The notes beneath the pieces are model-generated. The model searched no databases. It was not told the origin of the DNA and was given only the letters and a program-made list of their open reading frames with translations. Of a stretch of 64,000 nucleotides of DNA, positions 10,282-18,816 are shown piece after piece (position 1 is the first letter of the stretch; each line of letters begins with the position of its first letter). Made by a program: the position numbers and the translations under genes. Source of the DNA: a virus (lineage: Duplodnaviria; Caudoviricetes); the IMG/VR virus record IMGVR_UViG_3300032038_000003, positions 32,001 through 96,000 of that record. One strand, written 5' to 3'.

Positions 10282-11220
10282 ATGATTTATGACATTTCAA
10301 GCTATCAAGAGGGCTTGGATATAAGCACACTTGAAGATTTAGAGGGCGTAATCATTCGAGCAGGCTGGGGAGACGATTTTGAACAGCAGGACGATTCAGC
10401 AACACGGAATTTTGTTGAACAATGCAAGGCCAATGGCATCCCTTTCGGATTCTATCTCTTCAGCTATGCGACTGATACAGGAATTGGATTTGATTCGCAT
10501 ATAGAATCGGAAATTGAGCACATGAACAGGCTTTTGGCTTTGTATGGCACTCCTGCCTTGGGTGTATGGCTTGATATCGAGAATGAGGAGGCATACAAAA
10601 GGGCAAAATGCGGATGGGAGGATTCAGAGCACACCGATGAGCTGAATGGATACATTGCAAAATGGCTTGACACATATCCAACGGGTGGCATTTATTGCGA
10701 CAGAAGCCACAACAGTTATCTTGACATTCCAGTGGACAGACTATGGCTTGCTACACTTGACGGCACAAAGATAGAGGACTGTGTGCTCTGTCAGTTCACA
10801 TCAGACCCGCTTGATACAAATGTATGGGGAAATTATCGACTTGAGGCACACGAGGACGCAACAGAGGCTGAGGAAGAAGAGACAGAGGATGTGACTTACA
10901 TCGTGGAGCCAGGTGACACCCTTTGGAGTATCGCTGAACGATTCTTCGGTGATGGTAACCGATACAAGGAAATAGCTGAGCTTAATAACTTGGCTGACCC
11001 TAACATCATCCATGCAGGCCAAGAACTCGTGATACAGCGAGTCAGTGGTGATGATGAGGAAGAGTCACTTCCCGCTGACTACATCGTGCAGGAAGGCGAC
11101 ACACTCTGGAGCATAGCTGAAAGAGCCTACGGCGATGGAAGTAAGTACACAGAGATAGCTGAGAAGAACGGCTTGGAAAATCCTGAGCTAATCTATCCAG
11201 GACAAAGAATTATGCTATAA
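10282..11220 (+). CDS. Endolysin: GH25 muramidase + 2 LysM domains
   Basis: DISSYQ, IIRAG, GFYLFSYA, WLDIE (GH25); two YIV.xGDTLWSIA...N....P..I..GQ LysM repeats. Confidence 0.92.
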   Translation: MIYDISSYQEGLDISTLEDLEGVIIRAGWGDDFEQQDDSATRNFVEQCKANGIPFGFYLFSYATDTGIGFDSHIESEIEHMNRLLALYGTPALGVWLDIENEEAYKRAKCGWEDSEHTDELNGYIAKWLDTYPTGGIYCDRSHNSYLDIPVDRLWLATLDGTKIEDCVLCQFTSDPLDTNVWGNYRLEAHEDATEAEEEETEDVTYIVEPGDTLWSIAERFFGDGNRYKEIAELNNLADPNIIHAGQELVIQRVSGDDEEESLPADYIVQEGDTLWSIAERAYGDGSKYTEIAEKNGLENPELIYPGQRIML

Positions 11221-11222
11221 CA

Positions 11223-11315
11223 ATGTAAACAAAATGATCTTTGGTTCGTTGTAATATCAAACCCACCAGCGTATCTGCTGGTGGGTATTTCAATCTAGAG
11301 GAGAATTATAATGAT
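11223..11315 (+). repeat. 93-bp direct repeat, copy 2
   Basis: Offset 1525 bp from copy 1; supplies RBS and ATG of 11311..12090. Confidence 0.92.
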
Positions 11316-12090
11316 TGATGTTGAAGACCAGATTCAGAATCTGAATTTAACCAGTGAACTTGGTAAAATGATTACAAGTACGAGCGAGTTCCAGTCATTC
11401 AGTACAGATACTGATTTTATACAGGAAACTCTAAATGTTCTTGCTTCTGATAATCTTATCAACAAGAAAAATTATTTCATGGATAACCAGGTTTATATTA
11501 CAGACACTTTAAAGAATCTCCATGATTTACTCCAGTTATTGCAAGACAATGTTGGAGCAGATAATGCAGATGCTGATTTGGTTCAGCTTGTTAAGGTTGT
11601 CGGTGTTACTATTAACCAGCTTGAACGTGGTATCGATAAGTTCAATCAAGAACTTACTGGGCAAGTATCTTCTCATACACAGAAAGATGAAGTACTTGTC
11701 ACAGAAGATACTATCAAAGAAGCTATGCAGACAAATGAGAATACTATGCAGATCGCAAAAGATTTACGCAATCCAGATCAGATTGAGATTGACGAAAAGA
11801 CTGCACAGATTCAGAAAAGTTTCCAGGAGCTTAAACAACAGAAACGTGCAGCGGCAGCGATGCAACAGAATAGACCGCAGAAAGGTATACAGCCAAATGC
11901 ACAGCCAGTAAGATATCTGATTGCATCTCAAGACTTACAGGAAGTTCGCTTTGTACAGCAACAGTGTAATAAACAAATGTTAAACAATATCTTACAGAAT
12001 TGTGGTATTGATGATGCCAGAGTGTTTGAACTTAAAGAAGTTCCTACAAGGAAAAAAATAATTCAGAAGACGGTAACAGTTATAGGATAA
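11311..12090 (+). CDS. Hypothetical protein (Q-rich, coiled coil)
   Basis: 259-aa ORF, GAGGAG RBS. Confidence 0.7.
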   Translation: MIDVEDQIQNLNLTSELGKMITSTSEFQSFSTDTDFIQETLNVLASDNLINKKNYFMDNQVYITDTLKNLHDLLQLLQDNVGADNADADLVQLVKVVGVTINQLERGIDKFNQELTGQVSSHTQKDEVLVTEDTIKEAMQTNENTMQIAKDLRNPDQIEIDEKTAQIQKSFQELKQQKRAAAAMQQNRPQKGIQPNAQPVRYLIASQDLQEVRFVQQQCNKQMLNNILQNCGIDDARVFELKEVPTRKKIIQKTVTVIG

Positions 12091-12096
12091 GGAGGT

Positions 12097-13056
12097 ATGG
12101 TTATGCCCGCTTTATATCAAAGCAACCAAGACGTACCAGACAATATGTTACTTGGTAATCTTTTAACCTATACTCTTACTAATATGACAGTAAGTGAACA
12201 GGATTTATTAGATACGTTTGCTAATAATAATCTGTCACAGTCATATGTACGTAAGATTTCTCATGCAGATGCGTTCCGTAGAGCCACATCATCTATTAAG
12301 AACGAAAAAGTTGTTTATATAGACGATAATGGTGATCAGTTTGACGGACGTATCAATGTTGATGAAGTGGTAAACGATAATATGTACATTAAAAGAATAG
12401 TCGGAGTAAGAGTGTTAAATGATCAAAAGGAAGAAGTATCATATACACAGCTCGGTGCTATTACATATGATCGTGCAAATGATCGTTGTGCAACATATTT
12501 GGAGCCAACATCTACGCATTATGTAGCGAATATCAGTTTCTTATTTAATCAAATAGAAACTCGTTATATGACATGGTCTACATATCATAATCACGATACG
12601 ATCCGTAATATTATCAATCGTATCGTATATGATATGCATCCAGTAGCTTTAATGTCTACTGGTATTAACAAGTTTATTCCTAAAACATCTAAAGATACTC
12701 TATATGCATTAAAGGGTGTATTGAATGATTTATCTCAGTATAGCGATAACGGTTACGGAGAGAACGTAGTTGAAATCATTCCATTCATCGATACCCAGGA
12801 ACAGCGTGACCTTGTAAATAAAATGTATGAGGAAGAAATCAAAGAGACGCTGTATAATTACAGTATGGAGTTGGCAGAGATACTGAAAAAGAAACAGACT
12901 CTGTCGAGTAGACAGGCTGCTACTTATGTTGAAAAGTACAGAGAACTTTCAGACAAAGTAAAAGACTATCAAGGATTGTTAGGTACATATACACAGAACA
13001 TCCATGATCAGTTACAAGCAGCTTTTCAGTTAATAGACGATAATAAGGAATCATAA
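12097..13056 (+). CDS. DUF6744/DUF3150-like protein
   Basis: LLGNLL.Y....DAFRRATS N-terminal pattern and helical C-terminus resemble this family (recalled, not searched). Confidence 0.55.
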   Translation: MVMPALYQSNQDVPDNMLLGNLLTYTLTNMTVSEQDLLDTFANNNLSQSYVRKISHADAFRRATSSIKNEKVVYIDDNGDQFDGRINVDEVVNDNMYIKRIVGVRVLNDQKEEVSYTQLGAITYDRANDRCATYLEPTSTHYVANISFLFNQIETRYMTWSTYHNHDTIRNIINRIVYDMHPVALMSTGINKFIPKTSKDTLYALKGVLNDLSQYSDNGYGENVVEIIPFIDTQEQRDLVNKMYEEEIKETLYNYSMELAEILKKKQTLSSRQAATYVEKYRELSDKVKDYQGLLGTYTQNIHDQLQAAFQLIDDNKES

Positions 13057-13058
13057 CT

Positions 13059-13475
13059 ATGTACAAATATGTTAAGGGCATCACAGTATTAAGTGAAGAT
13101 CGAATGCCAAATGCGTTAGAGGTAGCACAAGAATACAATCTATGGATGCCATTAACAGATTCTATGACCCCTAACGGGGAACTCATAGAATTCTTAGTTA
13201 AGGCTTACATAGAGAAAAACAATTATAAGACGAGCGAATACTATTATATCAATCCTTATAATGTTTCTTTCCCTGTATATCCATGGAAATTTATAGGACC
13301 GATTATGGATGAATTTATCGAGTATCTTGAGCAAAATAATATAGTAAAAGATAAAGAAAAGATTTATACCATAGGAAATATAGATTTTATGTATTATGAC
13401 GAGCCTCGCCAAGAATGCAAAATAATAAGCTTAGAAGAATTTAAAAAGCGAAAGGAAGGAAAGCATCATGATTAA
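13059..13475 (+). CDS. Hypothetical protein
   Basis: 138-aa co-directional ORF. Confidence 0.6.
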   Translation: MYKYVKGITVLSEDRMPNALEVAQEYNLWMPLTDSMTPNGELIEFLVKAYIEKNNYKTSEYYYINPYNVSFPVYPWKFIGPIMDEFIEYLEQNNIVKDKEKIYTIGNIDFMYYDEPRQECKIISLEEFKKRKEGKHHD

Positions 13476-14124
13476 TTGCCCAAAATGCGGTAGTAACATC
13501 TTTCAGACTGGACTGCATATGTGTAAAAGAGCAAACGTTGATTTTGTAAATGGAGTTCTTACAGTTCAGCCTTTTGAAAACGAAGTAGATAACTCTTTAA
13601 TCCAGTGTACACAGTGTGGTGAGAAGTTTAATGTAAATGACGAGAATGTTGTTCACATGCTTACACATCCACTTATTAAGTGTACAAAATGTGGAAAGGA
13701 ATTCACAGAAGAAGAGCTGGACGAGAATCATGTATGTGCAATCTGTCGTGTAAAAGAAATGGACGCTGGATTTTCTCAGTTAGAGAACGCAGACCCTTTT
13801 ACACTTATGAGAATGCTTGCACAGGTTCGTATTGACAATCTCAATCTTACCAAGACAAACGAACAGATTCAGAAACGTCTTGAGAGAGCAGAAGAGATTG
13901 GACAGGAAAACAACGAACAGCCAGAAGAAACACCAAAGAAAAAGCGTGGTGGACGTAAGAAGAAGACAGAAGAACCAGTGCAGACAGAGGAAGATACTAT
14001 TGATATCGACGGAGAGGATGCACAGGGAGACTCTGATATTGAAATCAGTGAAGATGTAGCACCAGACTTACCAGCAGAGGTAACTGCTATGTCTAATGAA
14101 ATGAATGCAGAAACAGAGGAGTAA
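13468..14124 (+). CDS. Zn-ribbon protein with acidic tail
   Basis: CPKC, CTQC, CTKC, CAIC pairs; basic KKKRGGRKKK then acidic tail. Confidence 0.7.
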   Translation: MINCPKCGSNIFQTGLHMCKRANVDFVNGVLTVQPFENEVDNSLIQCTQCGEKFNVNDENVVHMLTHPLIKCTKCGKEFTEEELDENHVCAICRVKEMDAGFSQLENADPFTLMRMLAQVRIDNLNLTKTNEQIQKRLERAEEIGQENNEQPEETPKKKRGGRKKKTEEPVQTEEDTIDIDGEDAQGDSDIEISEDVAPDLPAEVTAMSNEMNAETEE

Positions 14125-14126
14125 AT

Positions 14127-14774
14127 ATGGAGACAGCGACACCTAATGCTATCTCTGTTAATATTCCAATTCAATCAGACTTTAGTGACATTACAAAAGA
14201 ATCTATTGATGAATGTGTAGATATTGTAAAACTCAACGCATTAAACAGTGCTTTGTATTGTAATTGTCATTATTCCAATTGCAGTAATTGCGACAAGACA
14301 CAGGGTAAGTGTATCTCAAATGGTGGATTAAATGCGTCTATAATGTTTGTAGACGCATTTCCATCAGAGTATGAATCTGTTGCTGGAGCATTTACTGAAG
14401 AAAAAGGATATATTTTGAATGAAGTCTTGAAAGGAACTAAATATAAACGCTCTGATATCTATTGCACTAACATGATTAAGTGTCATAATGTTCAAGATAC
14501 AAACAGTAATATAATTTCTCATTGTCTTGAGGAATATTTTTACAAAGAGATAGAGTTGGTGAAGCCGAAGCGTATTATATTCACATATTCTGCTTTTCAA
14601 GCTTGTTTAAAATATAAAGTTGTTCCTCATACTGGCAACGTGAATTATTTTACAAAGATACATACAAATATTCGTAACCTTGAAACGGATATATTTATAG
14701 TGTATGATATAAAAGCGTTGACACAACAGCAGAGAGATGCATTCAAACAAGGTATGAAAATGATTTTACAATAA
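14127..14774 (+). CDS. Family-4 uracil-DNA glycosylase-like protein (catalytically degenerate)
   Basis: CSNC, IMFV, DIYCTN.IKC, EIELVKPK motifs; GEAPG replaced by DAFPS and no HP motif seen. Confidence 0.7.
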   Translation: METATPNAISVNIPIQSDFSDITKESIDECVDIVKLNALNSALYCNCHYSNCSNCDKTQGKCISNGGLNASIMFVDAFPSEYESVAGAFTEEKGYILNEVLKGTKYKRSDIYCTNMIKCHNVQDTNSNIISHCLEEYFYKEIELVKPKRIIFTYSAFQACLKYKVVPHTGNVNYFTKIHTNIRNLETDIFIVYDIKALTQQQRDAFKQGMKMILQ

Positions 14775-14786
14775 GGAGGCACGTAT

Positions 14787-15107
14787 ATGGACGCAACTAA
14801 AATTGTTGTGAAGGGAGCCAGAGTTCTCGTTAAGGAACAGAAGCTTTCCCAGACCACAGAAAGTGGTATTATTATCCAGGGAAGAGAGAAAGAACATACG
14901 AACCAAGGTATTGTACTTGCCGTTGGCGAAGGAGCAATGCTTGAGGACGGAACTTTAGTACCAGTGGGAGTAAAGGTAGGAGATAAGGTAATGTATACGG
15001 CATTCAGTGGTAGTCCAATCACTAAGGCTGGAGACGATGACGAAGAAGATGTAAGATATTTAATTCTTAATGAAAGAGATATCTTATGCCAGATTTTACC
15101 AGATTAA
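14787..15107 (+). CDS. groES: Co-chaperonin GroES (Cpn10)
   Basis: RVLVK...TESGIII...GIVLAVGEG...VKVGDKV...YLILNERDIL. Confidence 0.93.
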   Translation: MDATKIVVKGARVLVKEQKLSQTTESGIIIQGREKEHTNQGIVLAVGEGAMLEDGTLVPVGVKVGDKVMYTAFSGSPITKAGDDDEEDVRYLILNERDILCQILPD

Positions 15108-15126
15108 ACAATAATAAAGAAATAAT

Positions 15127-15161
15127 GGTGGTGGTAGGCATTGTCTTACCACCACTTTTTT
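15127..15161 (+). terminator. Intrinsic terminator
   Basis: GTGGTGGTAGG / CTTACCACCAC stem followed by T6. Confidence 0.75.
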
Positions 15162-15177
15162 ATTGTAGGAGGTTAAT

Positions 15178-15945
15178 ATGATTATATCTATTACAGAATC
15201 CTGTCACATGGGTTGTTCGCACTGTATGGATGATGCAAGGCCATGCGACAAACACATGTCTATGAAAACATTTCAAGATGCAATAAGCTTTTTTAATCAG
15301 TTTGGCGGTATTGAATGTTTAATTACTGGTGGAGAGCCAACTGATAATCCAGAATGGATTAAAATGCTTGAGTATGCGTTAGAACACGCACATGGGTCTA
15401 CTGGCACTGGCATTGCACATATTACATTAGCTACAAATGCAATGAATATAGCCAACAATCGTGACATACAAACATATTTACTATTACTTATGCAGCGTTA
15501 TCCTGGTAAACTAAACATACAAGTAACTCATGTAGACAAATATTATCCGCATGATGTTGATCTGTCTCAAAGCTTTTTCCATTGTGGACCAGTTGTTGTA
15601 TGTAATTCCATTGAAGCAATTTATCCAATGGGTAGAGCAAGAGATAATCAAATGCCATGGCAAGCAAAGTGTAGTAAGTGTTTTAATATCAGATTAGCTA
15701 CAAGATCATTTCGTGATTTAAGTAAAGCGAGTATTATGTTAGCTATGAGAGGTAAGTTTTGTACTCCTCAAGTAAGTATCAACGGAGAGGTTAAACTTGG
15801 AGAGAGTACGTTGTGTCCGCCATGTAGCAGTATTTATACTGGAACTGAACAGTTAATCAATGATATTTGTAATTTTCATTGTAGTGGCTGTGACATGATT
15901 AATAAACACCTAACACCAGAACAAAGAAAGGCTATAGGAGAATAG
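15178..15945 (+). CDS. Radical SAM protein
   Basis: CHMGCSHC (CxxxCxxC), TGGEPT, ATNA; Cys-rich C-terminus. Confidence 0.88.
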   Translation: MIISITESCHMGCSHCMDDARPCDKHMSMKTFQDAISFFNQFGGIECLITGGEPTDNPEWIKMLEYALEHAHGSTGTGIAHITLATNAMNIANNRDIQTYLLLLMQRYPGKLNIQVTHVDKYYPHDVDLSQSFFHCGPVVVCNSIEAIYPMGRARDNQMPWQAKCSKCFNIRLATRSFRDLSKASIMLAMRGKFCTPQVSINGEVKLGESTLCPPCSSIYTGTEQLINDICNFHCSGCDMINKHLTPEQRKAIGE

Positions 15946-15947
15946 AG

Positions 15948-16712
15948 ATGCTTTATTTAAAGAACAAAAACGAAATATCTTTAGATAACTTTCAACGTTT
16001 TGATGCAAGTAATTGGGATGAACTAAAGAATCGTATTTCATATAAATTAGTAAACAAGAGAGTTTTTCATGCTTCAGAAGATGTAGATGATATTGTTTAC
16101 GAAGACTGTATGGATTTGTCTAAAGTATATATCGTTACAGAAGTATCTCAAGATAGAAAAAATATCATCTCATATACTTTAAAGCATCAAGACCTGGAAC
16201 GTTTTCAGAAAGATACAGATGAATTATATATGCAAGTGTATAGTAATTATCTTCGAGATATCAATAGAAGAATACGTACACTTAAAGAAGACGTGTTAGC
16301 ACATGAAATTTTATATCCTTTAATGGGAAGTAAAAAAGATATTATGCTAAGCGGAGTAAACATGCTTATTGAAGATTCATCTAAATACAAAGACAATGTC
16401 TTGTTTGTCACGAATAAATATAATGTTTTCGGTACATCATATATGCTTGACCATTCTACATTAGACGAAGTTCATGATAGAATGGGATGTGATTTCTATA
16501 TCATTCCAACATCTGTACACCAGTTTATGTGTGTAAGTAGGGATTATGTCACAAAAGGCAAAGATTCTATGGAAGTTGAGGATGATTTACTTGATATGTT
16601 ATACAAAATGAATTCAGAAAATAAAAATACTGAAGACATATTAAGTTATAGAATCTATTTGTACTTGCATGATGATGGACATATTTTGTTCCCAATCAAA
16701 CAAAAACTATGA
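15948..16712 (+). CDS. DUF5688-like protein
   Basis: FYIIPTSVHQ and LSYRIYLY motifs; paralog of 28634..29569. Confidence 0.65.
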   Translation: MLYLKNKNEISLDNFQRFDASNWDELKNRISYKLVNKRVFHASEDVDDIVYEDCMDLSKVYIVTEVSQDRKNIISYTLKHQDLERFQKDTDELYMQVYSNYLRDINRRIRTLKEDVLAHEILYPLMGSKKDIMLSGVNMLIEDSSKYKDNVLFVTNKYNVFGTSYMLDHSTLDEVHDRMGCDFYIIPTSVHQFMCVSRDYVTKGKDSMEVEDDLLDMLYKMNSENKNTEDILSYRIYLYLHDDGHILFPIKQKL

Positions 16713-16730
16713 TTGAAAGGAGAAAAATAT

Positions 16731-17099
16731 ATGCTGGGAACTATTACAAAGTACAACTACGAAAAGCTTTATGGATTTATTCTTGGTGATGATAACCAAG
16801 AATATTTTTTTGCTAATGCAGATTTTAAAAACAATCCTAAGAAGTTTAAAGGCAAGCGTGTAAAGTTTGTACCAGATTATAACAATACAGAAGAACAGCA
16901 TCCAAGAGCAACAGAAATCTATACGCTTGGAAGAGACACTATTACTCTGGTTGCTGTACTCGATATTGAATCTTCAGAACCATATCCACAAGATATTGGA
17001 AAGACCTTAAAAGTAATGGTAGAACGAGAAATAGAGAAATTGAAAACTATTGAAGGTACTACCATTACTGGTACGGTATCAGTTGGGAGGCAGCTATGA
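16731..17099 (+). CDS. Cold-shock domain protein with C-terminal extension
   Basis: GTITKYNYEKLYGFI...EYFF RNP motifs; ATG 16731 after AAAGGAG. Confidence 0.75.
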   Translation: MLGTITKYNYEKLYGFILGDDNQEYFFANADFKNNPKKFKGKRVKFVPDYNNTEEQHPRATEIYTLGRDTITLVAVLDIESSEPYPQDIGKTLKVMVEREIEKLKTIEGTTITGTVSVGRQL

Positions 17100-17539
17100 T
17101 AGTAAAAGCTAAATACCATAAAGAGATTGAAGTCACAGACGATATCTCCCAGGAAGAAATTGACCGAATCTGCCAATACGGGATGCCAAATAGATTCGAT
17201 TGTATGGCAGACGAAATCGACAACGAGAAACCACTTGAATTTGGTAGTTGGGAATTCGTTGAAGATAAGTATTATAAACCAACTCAAAACATACCAAAAC
17301 AAGAAGAATCGACTGAAGAAGTCAAAAAGACCGATAGACAACTTACAGTAATGAAATGGTTAATGCCTATTGTTTTCGGCATAGTTTTCGGTATTGTTTG
17401 GGGATTTATTAAATATAGTTTTTGGTTTGGCTTACTGAACGTTGGTTTATATATTGCAGTATGGATTCCAGTGACCACAGTAGTCAACTGGGTAAGAAAA
17501 GTAAATAAATTTATGGAAGGAGACGGACGAAATGTTTAA
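17096..17539 (+). CDS. Membrane protein (2 C-terminal TM helices)
   Basis: Hydrophobic segments near C-terminus; ATGA overlap. Confidence 0.6.
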   Translation: MIVKAKYHKEIEVTDDISQEEIDRICQYGMPNRFDCMADEIDNEKPLEFGSWEFVEDKYYKPTQNIPKQEESTEEVKKTDRQLTVMKWLMPIVFGIVFGIVWGFIKYSFWFGLLNVGLYIAVWIPVTTVVNWVRKVNKFMEGDGRNV

Positions 17540-18734
17540 CATTCAGATCGCAAAGGATGATTTGGCAGAGGCTCTGTCTTATGTCGAATCAACAGTAGGT
17601 AACAACAGTCAGAATCTCGGTGACGATTGTGTATCAATCACCGATATGGGTACAAATACTCTTGATATATATACTACGAATGGTATTGAGTTTTCAAGAG
17701 TACAGGTAGTTTTAACGAGCGGTTCTTCTGGTAAAACAGAAAGAATGCCATACGTTAACTACAAGAGGTTTAAGTCAATGATAGACTCTATTCCGAATGG
17801 AGAATATATCTCTATCAAAGCAACAGTTAACGATATTGAGATTAATTATGGTACGAGAAAGAAGCCATTAAAGTTGACAGGATCAACAAATGGTATCATT
17901 CCGTTACCTCAGAACAGCGGTTCTATTATTACAATCAACAAGGATATTGTAGAGAAAGGTCTTACACAGGCTTGTAGTATTATCAAAGATGATACAAACA
18001 GTGCTCTTACCAACTGTATCCGTATTCACACAAATGCTTTTAATGTAGAAATTACTGCTGTTGATATTAAGAACAACAGAATGTTTGTGCATAAAGGCGT
18101 AACAACAGAGAGTAATAATGGCGACGTTATTATCGAGGCCAACAAGTTCAAGAAAGCATTTAAGCTTTTTAAAGACTTTCGTGATCTTGAATTTGAATGC
18201 GGTACAAGCGTCATTAAGGTATCTGGTGCAGATCCAGTAAATAGATCATCACAGATGATTATGGGCGTAGAATATTACTCCAGAGTTCTTGCTGGTAATT
18301 ATCCAACTACGGTAGGTGCAATGTTCAACAATGTTACTGAGTTCGCAGTTGTAAACAAGGACGAATTAAAGTCAAGTTTAATTCGTATCAATGCAATTGA
18401 GGACAATACCATTGGTTCTGGAACAATGGAATTAAAGATCGATAAGAACATGGTAAACATTGTGAAAACCTCTCAGTATGGTACTGTCGAGGATAGTTTC
18501 AGCCTTGAGAACGAGATCGGTACACCAATTATTGAAACATTTAAGTCAAAGCCTTTAGCAGAAGTTTTGAAGAATTTTACTGATAATGGTACTTATGGTA
18601 CTCCAAATACATTTGAGATTGGTAAAAGTAATGCTAATGGTAATGCGAATTATTATGTGTTAAAGGAAACTGGTGCTACTGGCAGCATGTTCCTTATTAC
18701 AGGCTTTGGTTCAGCATCACCGACTAATCCATAA
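17532..18734 (+). CDS. dnaN: DNA polymerase III beta sliding clamp (divergent)
   Basis: ~400 aa, I.KDDL..AL..V start, TAVD..RM, SRVLAGNYP, VNKDEL..SL.RI; directly upstream of dnaE. Confidence 0.75.
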   Translation: MFNIQIAKDDLAEALSYVESTVGNNSQNLGDDCVSITDMGTNTLDIYTTNGIEFSRVQVVLTSGSSGKTERMPYVNYKRFKSMIDSIPNGEYISIKATVNDIEINYGTRKKPLKLTGSTNGIIPLPQNSGSIITINKDIVEKGLTQACSIIKDDTNSALTNCIRIHTNAFNVEITAVDIKNNRMFVHKGVTTESNNGDVIIEANKFKKAFKLFKDFRDLEFECGTSVIKVSGADPVNRSSQMIMGVEYYSRVLAGNYPTTVGAMFNNVTEFAVVNKDELKSSLIRINAIEDNTIGSGTMELKIDKNMVNIVKTSQYGTVEDSFSLENEIGTPIIETFKSKPLAEVLKNFTDNGTYGTPNTFEIGKSNANGNANYYVLKETGATGSMFLITGFGSASPTNP

Positions 18735-18741
18735 GTTTTGT

Positions 18742-18793
18742 GTCTTCCTTGTGTTTAGTGGTATTGATATAATATTGCTAACGCAAGGAAGAC
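18742..18793 (+). promoter_or_regulatory. Hairpin with embedded extended -10 promoter (TGaTATAAT) upstream of dnaE
   Basis: GTCTTCCTTG / CAAGGAAGAC arms; TATAAT at 18768-18773 near apex. Confidence 0.6.
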
Positions 18794-18816
18794 GAATACT
18801 TTGAAAGGAGAAAGTC

